A stretch of DNA of 64,000 nt from an uncultured Planctomycetaceae bacterium (GTDB taxonomy: Bacteria > Planctomycetota > Planctomycetia > Isosphaerales > Isosphaeraceae), in the NCBI GenBank assembly GCA_963833985.1, contig CAWIAD010000002.1, forward strand, positions 1,952,001-2,016,000, given 5' to 3'. A program made the position numbers and the translations under genes. Shown in pieces: positions 45,328 through 54,235 of this stretch; the first letter of the stretch is position 1, and each line of letters begins with the position of its first letter. Under the pieces are notes generated by a model, which was not told the origin of the DNA, searched no databases, and saw nothing but the letters and a program-made list of their open reading frames with translations.

Positions 45328-46394
45328 GGTGGACCTCCTTCGTGTGACGAGAGTCCCAGCAGGGCGCGATTGCGCTGCGCGTCGGACCGGCCGCCGGCAA
45401 AGTCATCGAAGGCGACGGAGGTTGCGTCGATGAGATGGCTGACGATGAAGGGCGCACCCTCGCGGGCGCCCTGCTCGGGGCTCTTCACACAGCATTCCCA
45501 CTCCAGGACGGCCCAGCCGCGGTAACCGGCCTCGGTGAGAAGCGTGAACACTTGCCGGAAGTCGACCTGGCCGTCCCCCAGCGATCGGAATCGCCCCGCG
45601 CGCCCAGGCCAGTCCTGGTAGCCGCCGTAGACGCCGATCCTGCCGTCGGGCCGGAACTCGGCATCCTTCACGTGGAAGCCGGCGATCCGACGGCCGTAAC
45701 ACCTGATGAACTGGAGGTAGTCGAGTTGCTGGAGCACGAAATGGCTGGCGTCGTAGTTCAGGCAGGCCGCCGGGTGGTCGTCCACCTGGCTCAGAAACAT
45801 CTCGAACGTGGCACCGTCGAACAGGTCCGACCCGGGGTGGAGCTCGAACGCGAAGCTCAGCCCCGCATCGGCGGCCGCGTCGAGCAAGGGACGCCACCGG
45901 CGCGCCAGCTCGGCGAAGGCCTCATCGATGATTCCCGGTGGACGCTGCGGCCAGGGGTAGGCCATGTGCCACGCGAATCCGCCGGAGAGCACGGGAATCG
46001 TCCTCGTTCCCAGCCGGGACGATGCCGCGATCACGTCGCGGAGCTGCGCCGATGCCCAGTCGGAGATCGCCCGGCCGGAGAGACCCTGCGGGTAAAAGGC
46101 GTCGAACATCCGCTCGTATGCCGGATGAAGTGCCAGCACCTGCCCCTGCAAGGCCGCGCACAACTCGGTCACGCTGAGACCGTGTTCGGCCAGGCGCGAC
46201 CGCAGGTCATCGCAGTACGCTTGCGACCGTGCCGCCTGGGCAAGATTGAACACGCGCGGGTCCCAGGCCGGGATCTGAAGCCCCCTGTAGCCCAGCCGCG
46301 CCGCCCAGGGGGCCAGGGTGGCCATGTCGTTGTAGGGAGGTTCCTCGCGCAGGAACTGCGCCAGGAACAGGCCTGGACCAAGCATCCCGTTCAT
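45324..46394 (-). CDS. Sugar phosphate isomerase/epimerase (xylose isomerase-like TIM barrel)
   Basis: FELHPG, NYDASH, FHVKDAEF, FRSLGDGQVDF, VLEWECC. Confidence 0.9.
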   Translation of the reverse strand: MNGMLGPGLFLAQFLREEPPYNDMATLAPWAARLGYRGLQIPAWDPRVFNLAQAARSQAYCDDLRSRLAEHGLSVTELCAALQGQVLALHPAYERMFDAFYPQGLSGRAISDWASAQLRDVIAASSRLGTRTIPVLSGGFAWHMAYPWPQRPPGIIDEAFAELARRWRPLLDAAADAGLSFAFELHPGSDLFDGATFEMFLSQVDDHPAACLNYDASHFVLQQLDYLQFIRCYGRRIAGFHVKDAEFRPDGRIGVYGGYQDWPGRAGRFRSLGDGQVDFRQVFTLLTEAGYRGWAVLEWECCVKSPEQGAREGAPFIVSHLIDATSVAFDDFAGGRSDAQRNRALLGLSSHEGGPP

Positions 46395-46432
46395 GACGAA
46401 CCTCCCCACCGATGGCAAAGCCTTCCCTTCCC

Positions 46433-47443
46433 TCAGGAGGGCGGAGCCGCCGTCGAGCCGCGCACGATCAGAGAGCCGGGCAGAACCACTTGCCTGGGCT
46501 TGCCGGAGAACCCGCCGATGCGCTCGATGAGGAAGTCCAGAGCGCAATCGATGATCTGGCGGTGAGGAAACCTCACCGTGGTCAGGGGCGGGTCGAGATA
46601 CTCGGCCGCCCATGTGTCGTCAAAGCCGACGATGGAGACGTCCCGCGGCACCGACAGACCCATGTCGCGCAGGCCTCGAAATGCGCCGAACGCCATGACG
46701 TCATTGTGGCAGAAGAGGCCGGTCGGGGGCCGGGAACGGTCCATCAGCAGGTGCACGGCCTGGCGAGCTTCCTCCGCGCTCTCATCGGGACATTCGATGA
46801 TCATGGGCGCGGGCAGGCGGGCCCTCAAGAGCACGTCGGTCAGGGCCCGCGTCCGGGCGCTGCGGAGTGAGGTCCGGCGGCTGAGATGGCCAATCCTGCG
46901 GTGTCCCAGCTCGATCAGGTGCCTGACCGCAAGGACCGCGCCGCCGTAGTCGTCGAGGATCGCGCTATCCGCCTTGCCCGCCGGCGCCGCCGAGCCGAAG
47001 TAGACCAGGTGCACTCCGCTCAGGGAGGAGAGCCCCTGCTTGCCATAGCTCTCGTTCCACCAGTGCAGGATGCCGGCCACTTTCCAGCTGAGCAGCGTTT
47101 CCACGGCCTGAACCCGATCGCTGCGCCGCGAGTTCAGCTCGGTGACCTCGAACAGCGCCCGGTACTTGTGTTCCGTCACGCGGCGGTTGAGATAGGCGGC
47201 CAGGCTGGCGAAGAACGGGTTCTCGACGTACTCGATGACCGCGCCGATGAGCTCGCTCTGCGAAACCAGGCTGCGCGCCAGCCGGTTGGGCCGGTAGCCC
47301 AGTGACCGCGCGGCGTCCCAGACGCGCTGGCGCGTGGCCTCGGGAAAGCTGGCGTCGCGGCCGTTCAGCACCATCGACGCCGTTGTGGGCGAGACAGCGG
47401 CGCGGGCGGCCACATCACGGACGGAAGCACGTCGGTTCAGCAA
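46433..47443 (-). CDS. LacI family transcriptional regulator
   Basis: SVRDVAARAAVSPTTASMVLN, LGYRPNRLARSL, VSIVGFDD, PPLTTV; probable TTG start overlapping the upstream stop. Confidence 0.93.
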   Translation of the reverse strand: MLNRRASVRDVAARAAVSPTTASMVLNGRDASFPEATRQRVWDAARSLGYRPNRLARSLVSQSELIGAVIEYVENPFFASLAAYLNRRVTEHKYRALFEVTELNSRRSDRVQAVETLLSWKVAGILHWWNESYGKQGLSSLSGVHLVYFGSAAPAGKADSAILDDYGGAVLAVRHLIELGHRRIGHLSRRTSLRSARTRALTDVLLRARLPAPMIIECPDESAEEARQAVHLLMDRSRPPTGLFCHNDVMAFGAFRGLRDMGLSVPRDVSIVGFDDTWAAEYLDPPLTTVRFPHRQIIDCALDFLIERIGGFSGKPRQVVLPGSLIVRGSTAAPPS

Positions 47444-48378
47444 GTTTGCAGAAGCTCCTCGGCCCGGCGCACGATCGCCTGGCAATCCAGACCGTAGTGA
47501 GACAGCAAGCGGCGGAAATCTCGGCCCGAGCTGGCGAAGCGATCGTCCAGGCCCACTCGCAGTACGCGAGTCGGATGCCGCTCCGCCACGACCTCGCAGA
47601 CCGCGGATCCGAGGCCGCCGTGGATGTTGTGGTCCTCGATCGTGACGATCCCCGCGGTTTCACGAGCCGCGCTGAGGATCGCTGCGACATCGATCGGCTT
47701 GATCGTGTGGCAGTCGAGCACGCGCGCGCTCAGGCCCCGGGACGCGAGGATCTCGGCAGCCCGCATGGCCTGCTCGACCATGTGGCCGGTGGCGATAAGG
47801 GTTAACCCGTCGCCGTCGCGCAGGCGAATCATGCGGCCGATCTCGAACGGGATATCGGGCCGATGCAGGACCACGGCATCCTGCCGGCCGAGACGCATGT
47901 ACACAGGCCCCTCGTAGCGGGCGATGGCCTCGGTGGCCAGGCGGGTGGTCACAGGGTCGGACGGCGAGAGCACGACCAGGTTCGGAATCGCGCGCATCAC
48001 CGCCAGGTCCTCGCAGGCCTGGTGCGTGGGGCCGTCGCCGCAGATTTCCACGCCCGCATTGCAGGCCACGATCTTCACGTTCAACCGCGGGTAGGCCACG
48101 CTCGAGCGAACCTGCTCGGCGGCCCGGACGCCGGCGAAGATGCAGAACGTGCTTGCAAACGGTATCTTTCCCGTGGTGGCCAGCCCGGCCGAGAAACTGA
48201 CCATGTTCTGCTCGGCCGATCCCATGTTGAAGAACCGTTCGGGGAACTGCCGGGCGAAGTGGAAGGTGTTGGTTGACTTGGAGATGTCGGCGTCGAGCAC
48301 CACGATGCGGCGGTCCCGGGCGCCGAGCTCGGCAATCGTTTTGCCATAGACCACTCGATTGGGCTGAGCTTCAAGCAT
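47437..48378 (-). CDS. Transketolase C-terminal subunit
   Basis: FFNMGSAEQNM, DGPTHQ, TIKPID, EDHNIHGGLGSAV. Confidence 0.93.
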   Translation of the reverse strand: MLEAQPNRVVYGKTIAELGARDRRIVVLDADISKSTNTFHFARQFPERFFNMGSAEQNMVSFSAGLATTGKIPFASTFCIFAGVRAAEQVRSSVAYPRLNVKIVACNAGVEICGDGPTHQACEDLAVMRAIPNLVVLSPSDPVTTRLATEAIARYEGPVYMRLGRQDAVVLHRPDIPFEIGRMIRLRDGDGLTLIATGHMVEQAMRAAEILASRGLSARVLDCHTIKPIDVAAILSAARETAGIVTIEDHNIHGGLGSAVCEVVAERHPTRVLRVGLDDRFASSGRDFRRLLSHYGLDCQAIVRRAEELLQTC

Positions 48379-48547
48379 GGGCGCTGGTTCCAGCTCGTAA
48401 AAGCACGGGGTGGCGTATCAAAAACAGAGAAACAAACCACGGAGAGAAATTCATGGATTCAAGAGAATCGTTCCATGGCGAAAACGTAGAGTCAAAGGCG
48501 CCTGGGTCCCTCGAATAGCCGTCGAAGCTCAGGATTGAAAACGAACG

Positions 48548-49057
48548 AACCACAGAGAGCACAGAGAGCACGGAGAAAAGACTCTTGAAATTCAGAATAG
48601 TTATATGTGCTAAATTTCTAGAGTCGAAGCCGCTTGATTCCCTGGGATAGCTGTCGAACGTGGAAATTGATCAGGAGACCGACCGGGCAGCCGGAAAGCT
48701 TGAGGTAAGAGAGCACCTGTGCTTCATGGATGGGCGTCAGCTCCTGTACGGCTTTCAACTCAACAATCACCGTTTGCTCGACGAGCAGGTCCACCCGGTA
48801 GCCGCAGTCGATCACGAGCCCCTTATACGTCAAGGGCAGCATCTTCTCGCTATCCACCCACAGCCCCTGATTCTTCAGTTCGTGAACCAGGCACGCATGA
48901 TAGGCGGATTCGAGCAATCCTGGCCTGAGCGTCCGGTGCACCTCGATTGCCCCCCCGATAATTCTCCCCGTGAGTTCATTGATCGCCTCTTCCGTGACCA
49001 ACTCATACCCCTCCTTCGATTCGATTTCTCTCTGTGCTCTCTGTGATCTCTGTGGTT
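48548..49057. mobile_element. Putative GxxExxY insertion element bounded by ~28-bp inverted repeats of (CACAGAGAG)n
   Basis: AACCACAGAGAGCACAGAGAGCACGGAGA at 48548 and its inverted copy ending at 49057; lower GC; separates the transketolase subunit genes. Confidence 0.65.
48618..49001 (-). CDS. GxxExxY protein (PD-(D/E)XK nuclease superfamily)
   Basis: IIGGAIEVHRTLRPGLLESAY, YRVDLLVEQTVIVELK, AQVLSYLK...GLLINF; TTG start after GGAGG. Confidence 0.93.
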   Translation of the reverse strand: MVTEEAINELTGRIIGGAIEVHRTLRPGLLESAYHACLVHELKNQGLWVDSEKMLPLTYKGLVIDCGYRVDLLVEQTVIVELKAVQELTPIHEAQVLSYLKLSGCPVGLLINFHVRQLSQGIKRLRL

Positions 49058-49660
49058 AGAACGCTTTGATTTCCTGCTGTGGTCCCCCGAGTATTTCCCG
49101 CAGCGCCGCATCGGTTTGCTCGGGCGAGGTCGGCCAAACTTCCCCGTAATTTCATTGATCGCCTCTTCCGCAACCAACTCTCTCTCTCCAGTTCGATTTC
49201 TCTCTGTGCTCTCTGTGCTCTCTGTGGTTAGACCGTTTTGATTCCCTGCTGTGGTCCCCCGAGTATTTCCCGCAGCGCCGCATCGGTTTGCTCGGGCGAG
49301 GTCGGCCAAACTTCCCCGTAATTTCATTGATCGCCTCTTCCGCAACCAACTCTCTCTCTCCAGTTCGATTTCTCTCTGTGCTCTCTGTGCTCTCTGTGGT
49401 TAGACCGTTTTGATTCCCTGCTGTGGTCCCCCGAGTATTTCCCGCAGCGCCGCATCGGTTTGCTCGGGCGAGGTCGGCCAAACTTCCCCGTAATTTCATT
49501 GATCGCCTCTTCCGCAACCAGCTCTCTCTCTCCAGTTCGATTTCTCTCTGTGCTCTCTGTGCTCTCTGTGCTCTCTGTGGTTAGACCGTTTTGATTCCCT
49601 GCTGTGGTCCCCCGAGTATTTCCCGCAGAGCCGCATCGGTTTGCTGGGGCGAGGTCGGCC
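48965..49660. repeat. Four tandem copies of a ~172-bp unit
   Basis: Units start at 48965, 49141, 49313, 49485; the middle two are identical by eye. Confidence 0.95.
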
Positions 49661-50432
49661 CGGCGTGCCACTCCGCCTTGTCTTCCATGAACGAGACGCC
49701 CTTGCCTTTGATCGTGTCGGCCACGATCACGCTGGGCCGTCCGTTCCGTGTCATGGACTGCTCGACGGCGGCGTCGATGGCTGCGAAGCTGTGCCCGTCA
49801 ATCTCGTGGGTGTTCCAGCCGAACGCCGCGAACCTGGCCGCGATCGGTTCGACATTCATGATGTCGCTGGTGCGGCCGTCGGTTTCGAGCTTGTTGTTAT
49901 CAACGAACACCACGAGGTTGTCGAGGCGGTAGTGTGCCGCGGCCATGGCGGCCTCCCAGACCTGTCCCTCCTGAAGCTCGCCGTCACCGACCATACAGTA
50001 AACCGTGAAGTCCTTGCCGTCGAGTTTGCCGCCGGCCGCGATTCCGGCGGCGGCCGAGATGCCCTGGCCCAGCGAACCGGTCGACATATCGACTCCCGGC
50101 GTCTTGTTCATGTCGGGATGTCCTTGCAGCCGGCTGCCGATCTCGCGCAGGGTCCAGAGCGTCTCCTCCGGAAAGTATCCCCGGGCCGAGAGGGTCACGT
50201 AGAGCGCCGGGCAGCAGTGGCCCTTGGAGAGCACGAACCGGTCGCGGTCTTCCCAGCGCGGCCGCTCCGGATCGATGCGCATCTTTTGAAAGTAGAGGTA
50301 AGTGATGATGTCGATCGCCGACATCGAACCGCCGTTGTGGCCCGACCCGGCCAGAGCGATCATCTTCACGATGCGGGCGCGGGACGCGCGGGCAAGCTCT
50401 TCGAGCCGCTGGACCGGAAACTCGTGGGACAC
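49581..50432 (-). CDS. Transketolase N-terminal (TPP-binding) subunit
   Basis: SGHNGGSMS, DRFVLSKGH, LQGHP, TGSLGQG, GDGELQEGQVWE...DNN. Confidence 0.95.
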   Translation of the reverse strand: MSHEFPVQRLEELARASRARIVKMIALAGSGHNGGSMSAIDIITYLYFQKMRIDPERPRWEDRDRFVLSKGHCCPALYVTLSARGYFPEETLWTLREIGSRLQGHPDMNKTPGVDMSTGSLGQGISAAAGIAAGGKLDGKDFTVYCMVGDGELQEGQVWEAAMAAAHYRLDNLVVFVDNNKLETDGRTSDIMNVEPIAARFAAFGWNTHEIDGHSFAAIDAAVEQSMTRNGRPSVIVADTIKGKGVSFMEDKAEWHAGPTSPQQTDAALREILGGPQQGIKTV

Positions 50433-50443
50433 GGTGAGGGCCT

Positions 50444-51256
50444 CTACTGGTTTTTTTCCAGGACCGCGCGCTGGTGTTCCTCGGGAAAGCGGCCGAAGAC
50501 GGTCCAGCCGCCGTCCACGAAGAAGACCTGGCCGGTCATGTAGCTGGAGTCATCGGACGCAAGGAAGACGCACGGGCCGACCATTTCTTCCGGGGCGGCC
50601 GTGCGCTGCATCGGCGTCATGCTGCCCCAGACGCGGTCGTAATCAGGATCATCGCAAAGATTGCGCTCCACGCGGGTTGGCCCGGGAGCAAACGTGTTCA
50701 CGCGTACGCGGAGCGGTGCGAACTCGACGGCGAACTGCCTGGTCAGCGCGTGGATTCCCCCTTTGCTGGCGGCGTACACCGCCAGGCCCTTCACGCCCAG
50801 TTCGGCGCAGTTGGTGGAGACGTTGATGATGCTGCCACCATCACCGCGTGCCGCCATGATGCGGGCCGCCTCGACCGAGCAGAAGAACGTGCCTTTCAGG
50901 TTCGTGCCGATGATCCGTTCCCAGGACTTCTCGTCCACGCGAAACGGGTCGGTCCAGCCGGTCAGGCCGGCGTTGTTGACCAGGATATCCAGCCGGCCGA
51001 AGGTCTCGGCCGTGCGCGCGAACATGTGCTTGACGGCCGCGACGCTGGAGACATCGGCCGCCATCGTCTGGCTGCGTCGTCCCAGGGTCGCGATCTCGTT
51101 CGCGACGGTCTCGGCCCCCTCGCGGCTGGTGTGGTAGTTGACCACGACGTCGGCCCCGGCGCGTGCCAGGCCCAGCGCCAGCGCCCGGCCGATGCCCGTT
51201 CCCGCGCCCGTCACCAGTGCGACCTTGCCACTGAGCTTCATGAGTGCCGTTCTCAC
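50444..51256 (-). CDS. SDR family oxidoreductase
   Basis: VTGAGTGIG, NNAG, YAASK. Confidence 0.93.
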   Translation of the reverse strand: MRTALMKLSGKVALVTGAGTGIGRALALGLARAGADVVVNYHTSREGAETVANEIATLGRRSQTMAADVSSVAAVKHMFARTAETFGRLDILVNNAGLTGWTDPFRVDEKSWERIIGTNLKGTFFCSVEAARIMAARGDGGSIINVSTNCAELGVKGLAVYAASKGGIHALTRQFAVEFAPLRVRVNTFAPGPTRVERNLCDDPDYDRVWGSMTPMQRTAAPEEMVGPCVFLASDDSSYMTGQVFFVDGGWTVFGRFPEEHQRAVLEKNQ

Positions 51257-52287
51257 GCGCCGTAGTAGAGGAGGACTTTGAGGGCCTCGCCGCGCTCGCA
51301 GAGCTCAAACCCGCTGTGCCATTGCTCGAGCGGCAGCTTGTGGGTGATCACCCGCGCGAGGTCGATCTGGCGGTTCTCGAGCAGCCGCATCGCGCGTTGC
51401 CACGTATTGAGCGAATGCCCCACGGAGCCGAAGACGCGCAGCTGCTTGAAGAGGATTGTGTCGAAGTTGACCGTGATTTCCTTGCCGGCGATCCCGATCT
51501 GGACATAGCGGCCGAGCGGGCGCACCGCCTTCAGGCACGTGGCCACCGAGCCGGCCGCGCCGGCGGCCTCCACGGCCATGTCCGCGCCGCGTCCGCGCGT
51601 CTGCTCGCCAACCACTTCCAGCAAATTCTGGCGATCGCAATCAACCGTCACTGCCGCTCCCAGCCGGGCCGCCAGCGCCAGCCGTGGCGCGTCTGTGGAC
51701 CTGCCCGCGACGATCACCTTGCAGCCTTGCAGGTTCAGGACCATCAGGCAGAGCAGTCCAATGGGACCCGGCCCGGAGAGCAGCACCCAGTCTCCCGGGG
51801 CCGCGGGAGCCAGCTCGCCGACGGCCTGAAGCGCCGCCGCGAATGGCTCGGTCACGGCCGCCTCCTCGAGCGTGATCCCCTCCGGCAGCTTGTAGCACTG
51901 GTCTTCCCGGACGTTCACGAACCGCGTCAGCGAGCCGCTCACGCCGTGCCCCATGCCGCGGCGAATGGGGCAGAACATGTAATACCCCTGCCGGCAGTAT
52001 TCGCAACCGCCGCAGACCACCGCGGAGGACGGCAAGACCACCACGCGGTCGCCGGCGGCGATGTTCCGCACCCCGGCGCCGGTCTCGCACACAGTACCCG
52101 AGAATTCGTGTCCCAGGATCACCGGAGGGTAGTTGGGGAACCGGTCGTGCAGGACGTGGATGTCGGTTCCGCAGATGCCCGTGAAGGCGACCTCGATCTT
52201 CACCTGATGCGGGCCGCACGTGCATTCAGGCACGTCGACGAGCTCGACGTTTCCCGGTCCCGAGCGAGTTTTCACGACGGCCCGCAT
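51253..52287 (-). CDS. Zinc-dependent sugar/polyol dehydrogenase (MDR family)
   Basis: GICGTD, GHEFSG, CGGCEYC...C, GPGPIG. Confidence 0.93.
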   Translation of the reverse strand: MRAVVKTRSGPGNVELVDVPECTCGPHQVKIEVAFTGICGTDIHVLHDRFPNYPPVILGHEFSGTVCETGAGVRNIAAGDRVVVLPSSAVVCGGCEYCRQGYYMFCPIRRGMGHGVSGSLTRFVNVREDQCYKLPEGITLEEAAVTEPFAAALQAVGELAPAAPGDWVLLSGPGPIGLLCLMVLNLQGCKVIVAGRSTDAPRLALAARLGAAVTVDCDRQNLLEVVGEQTRGRGADMAVEAAGAAGSVATCLKAVRPLGRYVQIGIAGKEITVNFDTILFKQLRVFGSVGHSLNTWQRAMRLLENRQIDLARVITHKLPLEQWHSGFELCERGEALKVLLYYGA

Positions 52288-52315
52288 GGTCAGCCTCCCG
52301 CCGTCCGGCACTTCC

Positions 52316-52333
52316 TGGTGAAACGTTTCACCA
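52316..52333. promoter_or_regulatory. LacI-type operator (perfect 18-bp palindrome)
   Basis: TGGTGAAACGTTTCACCA, with the TGAAACGTTTCA core typical of LacI-family sites. Confidence 0.8.
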
Positions 52334-52362
52334 AAGCTATCCACGCTCCGGACCGGCGTCAA
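52334..52362 (-). promoter_or_regulatory. Sigma70-type promoter of the sugar operon
   Basis: TTGACG (52362-52357), 17-bp spacer, TAGCTT (52339-52334). Confidence 0.7.
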
Positions 52363-52409
52363 GAGAGTGCAGCCGCAAAGGCACAGCACATAAAAGATTG
52401 ATTCATATT

Positions 52410-53618
52410 CTAGACCGAGAATGAACCTGCGCCGGCCTGCGATTCGCGGCGGTAGGCGCTGGGCGTCTTGCCGTCATGTTTGCGGAAGCAGGTGGAAAGA
52501 TACTCGGGGTACGCGAAGCCGGTGCGCTGGGCGATCTCCTCGAGAGAGAGGTCCGTCTGCGAGAGCAGCTCACGGACGCGCTGGAGCCGCACTTCGTGGA
52601 TGGCGTCAAGGATTGTCTTGCGCAGCGATTTCTGGAACAGCCGCTGGAGCATGCTGCGAGACATTGACACATGTTCCAGGACGTCATCGACGCGGATGCC
52701 CTGGCAGGCATGTTCGCGGATGAACCGTACGGCGTCGGCCAGGCGCGGGTCCTCGATGGCCGTGACGTCGGTCGACTGGCGCGTGACGACGCCGAGTGGA
52801 GGAATCGGGTTCAGGGGCAGGGCCGGGGGCTGGCCGCTCATCATGCGGTCGAGCAGGCCGGCGGCCTCGTAGCCGATGCGCCGGGCGTCGGGGACGACGC
52901 TCGAGAGCGGCGGGTAGGCAAGCTGGCAGACCAGCTCCTCGTTGTCGACGCCGATGACGGCGACCTCCTCCGGGACCGCCACGCCGGCAAGCCGGCAGGC
53001 GTCCAGCAGCTGCATGCCGCGGATATCGTTGCCCGCCATGACGCCGAGCGGCTTGGGCAGCGTACCGATCCAGCCGCCCACACGCTCGATCTCGTCCTCC
53101 CACGAGTCCTGCTGGTGGCCCCACGAGACGGGCCTGGTGTGGGGACGCTCGTGGAACGTGCCCCCCGCCTCGCGTACCCGGCGTGCGAACGCGTCATGCC
53201 GGCGCACGGACCACTCGAAGACGGGAAAGCCAAAGTAGGCAAAGTGGCGGAACCCCCGCTCCAGCAGGTGCTCGGCCGCCAGCCGGGCGATGGCCGCGTG
53301 GTCGGCGTGCAGCTGGGGCAGGCCGAGGTCGCGCACCTGGTCATTCAGGTCGACCGTGGGGACGCCGGTCTCCAGCAGCTTGCACGCGCTCTGGGGCGTC
53401 GACGCACGGGCGATGATGCCATCGCCGTTCCAGCGGTCGATCCAGGGTGGCATCTCGTCGTGAAGCGACCGCTGCTCGATGTACACCGTCCACGGTCCGT
53501 GCTCGCGGACGTACTGGGAGATCCCCTCCAGGATGGCGCGTCCGAAGGCCGTCGACGTCTCGACGATGAGCGCGACGTGGGGCAGGCGCAAGACATGAGA
53601 ACGCGAAGAGGTATGCAT
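52410..53618 (-). CDS. XylR-type regulator (LacI-like sensor + AraC HTH)
   Basis: VALIVETSTAFGRAILEGI, VAVIGVDNEE, RQSTD, C-terminal AraC HTH ...TPSAYR. Confidence 0.92.
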   Translation of the reverse strand: MHTSSRSHVLRLPHVALIVETSTAFGRAILEGISQYVREHGPWTVYIEQRSLHDEMPPWIDRWNGDGIIARASTPQSACKLLETGVPTVDLNDQVRDLGLPQLHADHAAIARLAAEHLLERGFRHFAYFGFPVFEWSVRRHDAFARRVREAGGTFHERPHTRPVSWGHQQDSWEDEIERVGGWIGTLPKPLGVMAGNDIRGMQLLDACRLAGVAVPEEVAVIGVDNEELVCQLAYPPLSSVVPDARRIGYEAAGLLDRMMSGQPPALPLNPIPPLGVVTRQSTDVTAIEDPRLADAVRFIREHACQGIRVDDVLEHVSMSRSMLQRLFQKSLRKTILDAIHEVRLQRVRELLSQTDLSLEEIAQRTGFAYPEYLSTCFRKHDGKTPSAYRRESQAGAGSFSV

Positions 53619-54235
53619 AAAAAGGGGAGTCCCGAGACGCGGAAATCGATTGGCGATTTCTTCTGCCGGAACCGTACAGGCCTGGCCGGATTGTACAGCC
53701 GGGCCATGCGGCCGACGGCCCCGATGGCCTTTGTTCTGCTCCGAAACCTCGGCGAATGCATTCTAGAAGAGCATTCGCGCCAGGTCCAGCAATGTGACGG
53801 CGAGTACCGGAAATCATAGGCAGAAAAACCGAAAAACTCATGGATCTCCCGGCGCGACCTGTTAATCTCAGGCTGGAGACCGGGGTCTCCGGTGCTCGTC
53901 TCAGGCAAGCAGGAAGCGATCCGGGCGCCCGTGAAGATGGCTGCTGTGCAAGTCGTCGGGCGGCCCGGAAGGGGCGGTCTTTTCGTTGTCGGTGGTGCGC
54001 GGGGCGGCCCGCTTCTCGGCCGCTGGGCCGGGTGCGAGGCGGCCGCGGGGGGTCGGACCGCGCGTCTCCATCAAGGCGAACCGAGCTGTGCATTCGGTTC
54101 CGACGTGACGGCCTGCCCGTGCGGCGCCGGTGATCGCGGTGTGCGCACAAATCAGATCACATGTTCGTGCGCTCGTTCCCCGCTGTGATTCGTTTCGCCA
54201 CGTTCTTGTCCGCGTGCCCTATCCGGGAGGCATTC

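Noticed and set aside
48965..49660. Possible CRISPR array
   Set aside because: Whole 172-bp units repeat with no unique spacers, and there are no cas genes in the window
48875..49671. ORFs MRKRRSMKLRG... / TTESTESTE
   Set aside because: Translations of the tandem repeat, not credible proteins
53754..53776. Imperfect palindrome GAATGCATTCTAGAAGAGCATTC
   Set aside because: Single copy; cannot be tied to a regulator
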